Of a DNA stretch of 29,950 nucleotides, positions 9,992-18,500 are shown piece after piece. The position numbers and the translations under genes are program-made. A model generated the notes under the pieces. The model saw nothing but the letters and a program-made list of their open reading frames with translations. It made no database searches and was not told the DNA's origin. The stretch comes from a virus (lineage: Duplodnaviria; Caudoviricetes). Position 1 is the stretch's first letter, and each line of letters begins with the position of its first letter. The stretch spans positions 1 through 29,950 of the IMG/VR virus record IMGVR_UViG_3300008963_000020; one strand, written 5' to 3'.

Positions 9992-11101
9992 TTAGTTGTA
10001 CATCTGGGTTTTTAGGTTCCCAGTTGCGAGCTCAACGATGCTTTCCACACCGTCTTGATTCTGGGAAGCATAAAGTGACCATGTCCCAGGGTCCACCATC
10101 CCGATAGTTTTCTGGATGGAATCATAATCAGCAGTAAAGCTAATTGTCTCAGCTGCAGTATCAAGCGTTACGTCTTCGGCTGGAACTGTATACGTAGTAG
10201 TGCCGCTATAGTTCTTTAGTTCAATCTTTGGGGTGAACCCGCTATCAGGAAAAAAGTTACTTAGGTCTAGACCCAAGCCTTCAGAGGACCAAGAGACATC
10301 TCCTCCAACCACAGAAGTCAAGTCAAAATTTTCGTTAGGAGTAAGTTTTAAAGTCTTTGGAGAGTAGCGACGAGCTCTTGGTCTATCTGTAGAAAATACT
10401 TTTGCCTTGCGACGAGCGTTATCTGGGTTTACAACCTTTAAGAAAAGGTCAATCTCATAGAGACCAGTGCGAAGCTCGTCAATAAACTCTTGGTTGTCAA
10501 GGATGGTATAGGAAACGCCTTGACGTGATACAGAGGTTACACGCTGAGGAAGTTCACAATCCTCGTCCCCTGACCAGAGTCTAGCAAACTCAAGAGCAAG
10601 CTTACGAGCTGCCATTTTTCCAGCAACCGGAACTGGTAGCCCGTAAGAGTAAGTAATTTCTGTATTGCAGGGGGTCCAAGGGGTGCCAGCTCTGACATGT
10701 ACTGTTGACTTATCTACAAGGTAGTAGCTGCTAGGGTCAATGATTTTACCTACACGGTTGCGTATTGAGTGAATCTTTGTTACAGGCCCGCCGCGAAGTT
10801 TAATTCTCGAGTCTGGTGAAAGGCCGTCAGAAGTAAGCTCTGAGTACTCATCGTAATCAGAGGCCGGGATGTTGTAAACATCTCCACCAAAAAGAACAGG
10901 ACTGTTGGTTTTTTCGGAAGGCCCCATGCGGTTGTTCCGCAGAGTACAAATATATCTTTCAGTTACTGTAGTAACTCCCGTATATTTACGGCCCGACATG
11001 GCCCAAAGTAGGTTTGAAGCAACTTGAACCGCTTCATCTGCATACTCGGTAAAGCCGTAGTTACCTAGCTCTTCAGCTGTAATCCATAGATTGCTTGCCA
11101 T
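9992..11101 (-). CDS. Head-to-tail adaptor with C-terminal beta-rich extension, 369 aa
   Basis: AS-x-LLWAMSGRKY, ITYSYG-x-P-x-P, C-x-LPQRVTSVSRQGVS and TGLYEIDLF-x-x-x-x-NP motifs match cluster-B-like adaptors. Confidence 0.8.
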   Translation of the reverse strand: MASNLWITAEELGNYGFTEYADEAVQVASNLLWAMSGRKYTGVTTVTERYICTLRNNRMGPSEKTNSPVLFGGDVYNIPASDYDEYSELTSDGLSPDSRIKLRGGPVTKIHSIRNRVGKIIDPSSYYLVDKSTVHVRAGTPWTPCNTEITYSYGLPVPVAGKMAARKLALEFARLWSGDEDCELPQRVTSVSRQGVSYTILDNQEFIDELRTGLYEIDLFLKVVNPDNARRKAKVFSTDRPRARRYSPKTLKLTPNENFDLTSVVGGDVSWSSEGLGLDLSNFFPDSGFTPKIELKNYSGTTTYTVPAEDVTLDTAAETISFTADYDSIQKTIGMVDPGTWSLYASQNQDGVESIVELATGNLKTQMYN

Positions 11102-11112
11102 TATCTCTTCCT

Positions 11113-11167
11113 AAAAATTACGGGCGATGCACCTGATATCAAGGATACCGCGAGATGCACCGCCCGT
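11113..11167 (-). terminator. Intrinsic terminator after the major tail gene
   Basis: Minus-strand stem ACGGGCGGTGCATCT / AGGTGCATCGCCCGT (15 bp, two G-U pairs) plus inner GGTATC/GATATC, followed by AATTTTT. Confidence 0.75.
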
Positions 11168-11180
11168 GTTAATTTTGGTC

Positions 11181-12212
11181 TTAGTCTTCGTTTGACCTAA
11201 TTACGTTGTCGAATCCAACCTCTGGGTTGTAATCAACACTGCCTGGTACATTGTACTGGCCGGTTGAGTCAGAAGGCTTCGAGGACACTACTGCGTCTGC
11301 ATCAGTTACGGTTACGGCTGGAGCATCAGCTGCAGTCTTAGCGTATTTGATGGTTCTGGTAGTAGTTGCGGTAATTGTGTAGGTACCGTTGAAGGTCAAG
11401 TCAACACCAGAGACTGTTACTGTCTCACCAACTGTGAAGCCGTGAGCGGCCTCAAGTGTAAGGATTGCCTCGTTATTTGAGATTTCCTTCTTAGTTACGT
11501 TGAAGACTGCACCCTGGTCTAGCTCAGTTACCTGAACAGGGGTGTTGTTTTCATCGTAAGTATAGAATCCGGTGAGGCCAATTGGAGCCTTTGCTGCACG
11601 TGAGTATGAGTAAGGACGCTCTGCTGCAACTGGATACTCCCAGCTGTTATCAATCCCCGTTGAGAAGTTAGCGTTTCCTAGACCGTAGCCCTCAAAGGTG
11701 GTGGCAAGCATGCCGTTCTCAATTACGCGGTCACCAGATAGGCGAAGCTTTGCGTATGGGAACACCCAGTGGAAGTAAGGAAGAACAGAAGCCTTCTTAC
11801 CATCTTTAATTGCGTGTGACCAAGCTTCAACGGCTACACCGTTACCTGATGGGTCATCACCAACACCTGGCGAGGCAAAACCAACTGATTGGTCATTGCC
11901 GTTGACGTCCTTGCGCAAGAGTAGCCCGCCAGAGATTAGAGCAGATAGCTCTGGGTCTGGTTCGGCGATTGCAAGCTCCATGGTGATACGCTTTAGTGTG
12001 TCAGGAGACTTATATGTCACAAAGACCGCACCATTTGCGTTTTTCTCGGTAATCTCGTCGCCCTCTTCGTATTCAGGGGTGAATGAGACCCTCATAAAAC
12101 CGGCTGTTACATAACTGTCTCCAGGTCCGGTTAGTAGGTTTCCAGCAGCATCTAGGCGGGTGACACGGATAGACACACCCTGAATGCTGGCTGCATATTC
12201 TTGAGTAGCCAT
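11181..12212 (-). CDS. Major tail (tube) protein with C-terminal accessory beta domain, 343 aa
   Basis: IRVTRLDAAG, V-x-F-x-PEYEEGDEITEKNANG, G-x-AVE-x-W and YFHWVFP motifs. AAGGAG RBS; followed by a terminator. Confidence 0.88.
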   Translation of the reverse strand: MATQEYAASIQGVSIRVTRLDAAGNLLTGPGDSYVTAGFMRVSFTPEYEEGDEITEKNANGAVFVTYKSPDTLKRITMELAIAEPDPELSALISGGLLLRKDVNGNDQSVGFASPGVGDDPSGNGVAVEAWSHAIKDGKKASVLPYFHWVFPYAKLRLSGDRVIENGMLATTFEGYGLGNANFSTGIDNSWEYPVAAERPYSYSRAAKAPIGLTGFYTYDENNTPVQVTELDQGAVFNVTKKEISNNEAILTLEAAHGFTVGETVTVSGVDLTFNGTYTITATTTRTIKYAKTAADAPAVTVTDADAVVSSKPSDSTGQYNVPGSVDYNPEVGFDNVIRSNED

Positions 12213-12237
12213 TTAGCTATTCTCCTTATTTCTTTGG

Positions 12238-13116
12238 TTAGGCCGTCAAATCAACTCTGGCGGCTAGGTGGATGGATGTGTCAAAGTGAACCGAAGCACT
12301 TCGGAACGCTTTGATACGCATGTCATTTTGATTACCTGACACGTCATACCCTTGGGCTAGAGTGTCGTTTACTACTTCCGAAGCGCCTAGATGTATTGCT
12401 AAGTGTCCAGAAGCGTAAATCCATTTATTAATGTCCGAAGCGTCTGCACCAGATGCTCCAACAGGACCGTCTCCGTTGTATCCGGCCCCGATAATAACAG
12501 GAGAACCAAGTCGGGTAACAATCATGTTTTCTTTTTTATCAAACTGCAAAGCAGTTTTTAAGATAGAAGCAACGTCCGCGCTCATGTGAATATATGGTTG
12601 CTCCCCGAGAGGTGACAAAGAACGGGCTTTGTGTTCTACTAGAGCAAGTGCCCTCTCTGCTGAAAGCGCATTGCCCGAATCTAAAGTTGTTACGGTGCTT
12701 GCATCTCTAAGATAAGGGTTACCAAGAGTTTCTCCTTGAGTAACTGCACCTGACCATAGCTCAGTCTCAACGGCTTTCTGAGTAGCAGCATCTAGCTGCT
12801 TAAGGACTCTTTCGAATCTATCTTGACCTACTAGACCAAAAGTAGAATCTGTATCTTCTACCTCGATGAAGAATGGCTTTACATCAATAAATCTTGCAGG
12901 TTTGGTTGTAGCAGCATAGACATCTTCTATTGTACTGTCTGTGTCATCAATGTTTCGTAAAGCTGTTGGCTCAGCGTAAAATTCTTGTGCGTATCCGCGG
13001 ACCCAGCGCTCTTGGTTGGCCGTAGCGGTATAAGTCTCGGGCTTGATAATGCTGAATAGGCCCGACTTGCTCGGGTTCAGTTCTGGTGCTGTAAATACAC
13101 CGTTTTCGAAAGCCAT
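12238..13116 (-). CDS. Second capsid protein (major capsid pentamer-type, cluster-B-like), 292 aa
   Basis: Lies between the major capsid and major tail genes. GLFS, PF-x-I, QKAVE-x-ELW-x-G, IHM, TRLGSPVIIGAGY, WIYASG and NQND motifs. Confidence 0.7.
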   Translation of the reverse strand: MAFENGVFTAPELNPSKSGLFSIIKPETYTATANQERWVRGYAQEFYAEPTALRNIDDTDSTIEDVYAATTKPARFIDVKPFFIEVEDTDSTFGLVGQDRFERVLKQLDAATQKAVETELWSGAVTQGETLGNPYLRDASTVTTLDSGNALSAERALALVEHKARSLSPLGEQPYIHMSADVASILKTALQFDKKENMIVTRLGSPVIIGAGYNGDGPVGASGADASDINKWIYASGHLAIHLGASEVVNDTLAQGYDVSGNQNDMRIKAFRSASVHFDTSIHLAARVDLTA

Positions 13117-13150
13117 TTATAGGTCCTGTCTTAAATCTAAGTTTGTTGGG

Positions 13151-13188
13151 TAGGGAGTGCCCGGGACCGGAGCCCCGAGCACCCCCTA
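13151..13188 (-). terminator. Strong stem-loop between the two capsid genes (terminator, attenuator or mRNA stabiliser; no U-tract)
   Basis: TAGGGGGTGCTCGGGGC-TCCG-GTCCCGGGCACTCCCTA: 17-bp stem with 3 G-U pairs valid only on the minus strand, and a C(UCCG)G UNCG tetraloop. Confidence 0.7.
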
Positions 13189-13203
13189 GAGCACTATTTT
13201 ATT

Positions 13204-15387
13204 TTAGAGCTCAATAGCGGCTGCGGTTGCGCCACCAGTGGTGTCACGGAGAGCAGCTGCTACACCGTTGACACTAATGGTTGATGTCACCTTCAGTGAC
13301 TCGACTCCAACGAACGCTACGTTCTCGAAGGTCTCAACGAACATCTTGTAGTCGTTGGTTCCAACAAGTGAGCTGTCGCGGATGATACCTAGGTCTAGAG
13401 TTCCACCATCCAAGAATAGGAAGCTTCCCTCTGCGAACAGGTACCAGTCGAATGAGTCTGCAAACTCGTTAAGAGCTCCAGTACCCTGCGCACCGAATGG
13501 GTTTCCGTCCAAGGTTGGCACTAGGTCTACACCAACATTTGCTAGGTAACCGGTAATCTCCGACTGCGATACAGCCAAAGTTCCGTCACCTGGCATTGAC
13601 AAGGTCAAGTCCGCTGCCATCGCGTCATATACCCAGGCAGGAATAACTGCCTTCAAGCGTGTGCTTGGGTCTAGGCGGTGACGTGAACGGTAACCGGTTG
13701 CTGCGCGACGTAGCTGTACCAAGAAGTCACGGCCGAAGCCAATTAGGCTTGAGGTGGTAACTGCGGTTGAAGCTGCACCAATCTTGCTTAGCAAGTTAGC
13801 CTCTGCCTCACGTGCGTGCTGTACCAGACCTAGCTCGTTGTGACGAGCAATCAACTCTGGGTATGCACGAGTCATGAGGTTACCGAACTGCATCTGTAGA
13901 GTAATAGCGTCAGTTGACACTGTGTTCTCTGCAGCAGCGGTTACGGTGTAGCTGGTTTTTGCTGCTGGGTCTGGGCTATCGGCCGCATCGTTTGCAGCAG
14001 TCCAGACACCAACGGCGTCAGCATATGTACCGTCAGCGAACTGAGGTGGTGTTACAAAGCGGATACCGCCACGGTCAGCCTGGAAACGTGGCAACATGTC
14101 ACGAACCGGGCGAACGGTGGTTGAACCGACACTGTAGATGTCGTACTGAACCTCGACAGGTGCGGCGTGTCCACCGGAAGCGGTTAGGGCTTCCTGTCCA
14201 ACAACGGCCTCAATTTTAGCCTGGTTCTCTAGCGGGTCAGTACCGAGGAAACGCTCCTCTGGGTACTGGGTTGAGAAAGATGCAACGATGTGCTGCTCTC
14301 CATCTCCTCCGTTGACACGACGTAGGCCGTGCAGACGCTTTTCCATAGCGGCTGACACCTCACTCATGTCCTTCATTTCGGTGCCTGCCGTGTAGCCAGG
14401 AATGTCAGCACCAGCAGTGATTGCTACTGGGGCTTCGGTTACCTGAACAACGGGACGGCGGTCAGCAGGAGCTTCAAAGTTCTCCTCAGCAGATGCAGTC
14501 ACTGTAGCCTGCCCTTCCTCTACCTCTTCGGTAGCGTTAGATAGTTCAATTGTTGTTTCTTGTTCGGTTGAAGCTTCTGCTTCTTCCACAACCTCAGCTG
14601 AAAGCTCAGCCTCTGGTTCACTTTCGCTTGAGAGCTCGCTTGCTTCCTCAGCGGCAGCTTCTACGGTCTCCTCCTCGGCGGAAGCTTCAGCTTCTACCTC
14701 GGTCTCAACAGCAGCTTCTGCAACCTCTTCGGTAGCTAGCTCAGTCTCTGTGGAGTCTTCAGTTACTTCTTCTGACTCGGTTGATAGTTCTGAACCTTCG
14801 TCCTGAACAGTCGATGCTTCTTCGGATTCGGAGGCAGCCTCGGACTTGTCGTCCTCGTCCTCGTCCTCGTCCTCTGACTTGTCGTATCCCAATTCCGTGG
14901 TTGAAGCCTCAGACATTTCGTCCTCGTCCTCGTCCTCGTCTGAATCCATACCAGCTTCTGTTTCCTCTTCAGCCTCGTCCTCTTCTGAGTCCATAGCTGC
15001 TTCGGCGTCTTCTGGCATTTCTTCTTTGGTTTCCTCTTCTGGATTTTCATCCATAGATTTCTCCATTTCCTCGGTCTCGGGCTCCATTTCCATTTTATCC
15101 ATGGCAGCCTCTTCCTCTCCAGCCGCCTCGCTCTCGCCCTTGACACGAGCGGTTGCTTCAGCAGCTTTAGCCGCCAGCTCGGCAGCCAATGTCTCACGGC
15201 GAGACAACTCGGCGCGAACCATGTCAAGAGAGTCGGCTAGCGACGTCATAGCATCAACTGTCTCAGGAGACGGGTCTTCACCCTCAACCATCTCAAACTG
15301 GCTGACAATATCGTCTTGTAGCTCAGCGACTTGTTCGTCGCTTAGCTCAGCGATAGTGTCAAGCTGAGTTTTAATTTGGTCGTACAC
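13204..15387 (-). CDS. Major capsid protein (hexamer-type, HK97 fold) with fused N-terminal acidic scaffold, ~727 aa
   Basis: Start reassigned to GTG at 15387 (AGGAGG SD at 15392-15397). Motifs LTASGG-x-x-AP-x-x-x-x-YD, RPVRD-x-LP-x-F-x-ADRGGIRF, GNL-x-x-RAYPE and GGTLDLGIIRDS-x-L-x-x-TND. Confidence 0.9.
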   Translation of the reverse strand: MYDQIKTQLDTIAELSDEQVAELQDDIVSQFEMVEGEDPSPETVDAMTSLADSLDMVRAELSRRETLAAELAAKAAEATARVKGESEAAGEEEAAMDKMEMEPETEEMEKSMDENPEEETKEEMPEDAEAAMDSEEDEAEEETEAGMDSDEDEDEDEMSEASTTELGYDKSEDEDEDEDDKSEAASESEEASTVQDEGSELSTESEEVTEDSTETELATEEVAEAAVETEVEAEASAEEETVEAAAEEASELSSESEPEAELSAEVVEEAEASTEQETTIELSNATEEVEEGQATVTASAEENFEAPADRRPVVQVTEAPVAITAGADIPGYTAGTEMKDMSEVSAAMEKRLHGLRRVNGGDGEQHIVASFSTQYPEERFLGTDPLENQAKIEAVVGQEALTASGGHAAPVEVQYDIYSVGSTTVRPVRDMLPRFQADRGGIRFVTPPQFADGTYADAVGVWTAANDAADSPDPAAKTSYTVTAAAENTVSTDAITLQMQFGNLMTRAYPELIARHNELGLVQHAREAEANLLSKIGAASTAVTTSSLIGFGRDFLVQLRRAATGYRSRHRLDPSTRLKAVIPAWVYDAMAADLTLSMPGDGTLAVSQSEITGYLANVGVDLVPTLDGNPFGAQGTGALNEFADSFDWYLFAEGSFLFLDGGTLDLGIIRDSSLVGTNDYKMFVETFENVAFVGVESLKVTSTISVNGVAAALRDTTGGATAAAIEL
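14851..14940. repeat. Two (GTCCTC)n hexanucleotide microsatellites encoding Asp-Glu repeats in the capsid scaffold
   Basis: (GTCCTC)x4 at 14851-14874 and x3.5 at 14920-14940. Confidence 0.85.
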
Positions 15388-15391
15388 TGTA

Positions 15392-15507
15392 CCTCCTAGG
15401 CCAGTTTCGGTTAATGGACGTCGTAACGCCCTATGATTTACAATCAAGGTCAGGGACTTAGACGTAGCAAAGACGTCAAGGCACTAAACCTAATGTAATT
15501 TTACCGT
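15392..15507 (-). promoter_or_regulatory. Putative promoter (ACGGTAAAAT) plus structured ~100-nt 5' leader and SD of the major capsid gene
   Basis: TAAAAT at 15498-15503. Hairpins at 15461-15477, 15434-15446 and 15416-15431 (UACG loop). The 5' AGGTTTAGT can pair with ACTGGCCT next to the SD. Confidence 0.5.
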
Positions 15508-15520
15508 ATATTTTAGGGCA

Positions 15521-18500
15521 CTAGTTAAGGAGGCGGAGTAATTTACTCATCTCGGACTGCACCTCACCCTGGGAGAACAGGTCTCCACCTGACATATATG
15601 TTTTAAGCTTGTCCGTAGCTATAGCAGCGTCTTCTTTTCCAATCTTGCTTTCAACCCTGTTAACCATTCCCTCAATTAGGTCTTTTAGACCTGAAGGGAG
15701 GTCACTGTACTTAATTTTTTCTGCATCTTTACCAAAAGGTAGGGGTAAGTTAGAGATTGCTTTACCTAATTCGGCGGCCGTAGCCCTGACGTTTCCTAGA
15801 GCTTCCGGGTTAAGGGCTTTGGTGTCTAATCTGTCTAACATAACTAGTAGGTCAGACCCTGCGGCAGCAGAACGGACGTAGTCTCCAGCAAAATCAAGGT
15901 TGTAAGCTTCCTCGGCTTTTTCTAGAGCTTTCTGAGCACCTGAAACACCTAAATCTTGCTTTAGCCTAGCTAACACCTTGCGGTATTTACCTTTAGCATC
16001 ACGAGGTTGGTTAACGCCGGAGATATACTTTTCGCGTCCCTCTTCAGGGTCGAAATCTCCTCCCCGGCCTTCAGCTTTTTTTAATTCTTCTTCCTCGTCG
16101 GCTGCCTTCTTAGCATCGCGGAGCTGTCTATTGTCTTCCTCGTCAGGCTCTGCAAACTCAGAAGAAGCCGAAGCTGTTATGCCCCACTCTTCTGGAATCA
16201 TATCTTCGCGGTCTAAATCACGAGCACGCTTAACAATGTGCCTTTTTGCTTTATCAATGTCCTTAGCCCTACCATGAGCCTGAATAGCATCTTTCAAATC
16301 TTCAGTATCAGCTATAGGAAATGAGCCATCTGGAAGAGCTTTACCTTCTTCGGCGTATTTTTCGCGAGTTTCTTCGGTATAGTCCTTAAACTCTGAAGCG
16401 CTTAGCTCAGAGATTCTGTTCCTCATCTGAGCAACTTTAAACTCGGCAATATCTGACCTTGAGTATGAATCAAGCCTCTTTTTTGCCTTAGCTGCTCTTT
16501 CGCGCAAATCAGGCGTAGAGTGTGCTAGCTGTGAGAGCTTATCCGCTCTGGTGCTTAGCGTGGTGACTGCTTCAGATTTCATCATGGCAAAGAAGCTAGC
16601 GCCAGCGGCAACTAGTGCAAGTACCTCTCCCGATGCGACCATTGCACGTGCAACTGGGAAACCTGGAACATTTACCTGACAAACAGCAACAAGTTCAAGA
16701 GCTCCGCCGATTGGTCGCCAGTCTCCAGATGGGGCCGAGGCACGCAGTGCCCGCACTTCACTCTCCCCAACGTTTGGACGCAGTGAACCTGATACCCAAA
16801 TGCCGAACTCGTCTTCTCCTGCATGTACATCAGCAATTGCCGAAGCTGTGTCATCGTAATGCTTAGCTGCATCTTCTGCACTTGCACTTAAGGGGGCGTG
16901 CCCGCCTGCCAAGGTTAGCTGTCCGACTGGAACATCCTTACCTGCATCGGTGTGGACAACTCCAGTGTGGAAATATGCGTACTTGCTCCGTGAGCGCGGT
17001 GGCTTAGTTGAACGTGGCAATCCGATGTGGCTAACGTGCCATGCAGCAATATGCCCATAGATGTGGCCACTAGGGTCAACAGTCAGAGGGGTTGGCTTTG
17101 TCAGTCCAGGATTTTCGAACCAACCCTGTGGTGGAGTAACTGGGATTTCTCCAGCTAGGTATCCAGAAGCAGCTAGTGGCTCTAGATTAGTGAACTCATC
17201 CATTGACTCTTCGTAGAGTCCATCTTTCGGGGTCACGTCGTCCTCCTGATACCCAGATTGTTGAATAGAAATAGAGCATTCTTGGAATGCGGGCTTAGCT
17301 ACAATTGTAGCAGCCATGACCCTGGCCTTATTGATAATCAGCTTGTCCTTGCCCATCTCGCTGTCTTCAGCATTTTCAGATTTTTCTTCCTTTGCCTCAA
17401 ATTGGTCTAGGTCAGCTGAAACTCCATGGAGGAACCCGTGCTTAACCATTCGTTCGGCTTCGCGGCCATAGGGGCCGGTGTCGAACACTCCATATGCGTT
17501 TCCAATACCTTTATCGGTTTTTTCCATATAGTCAATTCGACCAACTACTACAGAACCGTCATGACCAGAGCCAGTTTTAATCTGCCATAGAAGCGGAACA
17601 GGCAGGTCTCTTACACCAATTGCACCCTTTTTAAATCTACGACCATCTCCAGAGTCTGCTTCTTCGGGGATAACTAGAGGAATGTAAAACTTTGCACCCT
17701 CTTTTTCCCTGCGCGCACTTGCTCGGAGAGCTACTTTCTCACGCGCATCTTCAGCTCTTGCTCGGAGTTCGCTCTGTTTTAAAATGATGGAGTCTAGTTG
17801 CTCGACGCTTTTAAACATAGCGCTCGAAAGGAGGCTCTTTTTTCCAACGTTATATTTACTGCCAGTGTAGACACCTGTCATTTCTTTGTGGCGAAGCTGA
17901 CAATATCCTTTTGCACGTGGCCCCATGTATTTAGAAAGATAGCGTACACAACGGGTCCAATCTCCAGGGGTATTCCACATAATCTTTGCGCCACCGATTC
18001 CACGGGTCCAATAACGGCGAAGATTCTCTGCGTTACCGCGGTTGCGGTCCAACCCACCGGCAGCAACAATACTGGTTACGTTCTTTTTCCAATACTCAAG
18101 CAATACGCCTGAAGCTGTTACGCTCTTCTCGTCAACTTGCTTTAGAACATCATTTAAAACTTCTTTTTCATCTAGCTCCACTACAGGCGGTGGGGTGGCT
18201 GACTTAAGGTCTGCCATTATTTGGTCGTTACGTACCCACTCGCCTTCTTTGCGCTCATACACAACAGGAGCTGTAGATTCTTTTGTTTCGGGGACAATGG
18301 CAACTAAGTCCATAACTGCACTAAGGTCGTCGGGGGAGACTAGAGCTAGATATTTAGCGGGAATGTCAGTTTCTTCTGGCGTCTGAGTAGCAGCAGCTGT
18401 AACAGCTGGCTTAAACTTTTTACGCTGGTCCAGAACATATGCGTCCCAGTTGTTGATTAGTTGCTGGAAGTCTCCAGCTTCCATAGGGGGTAGAGTGCCT

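Noticed and set aside
14851-14940. CRISPR-like or regulatory repeat array
   Set aside because: In-frame hexamer microsatellites coding Asp-Glu, without spacers.
15388-15447. Track start for the capsid gene at 15447, and likewise starts at 28996, 29486 and 29820
   Set aside because: Better RBS or overlap-coupled starts exist at 15387, 28975 and 29438; the last ORF continues past the window edge.
15398-15491. Hammerhead or twister ribozyme in the capsid leader (CGAAAC, CUGA and GUCCC words present)
   Set aside because: No CUGANGA core, G at the would-be cleavage position, and twister pseudoknots could not be built by eye.
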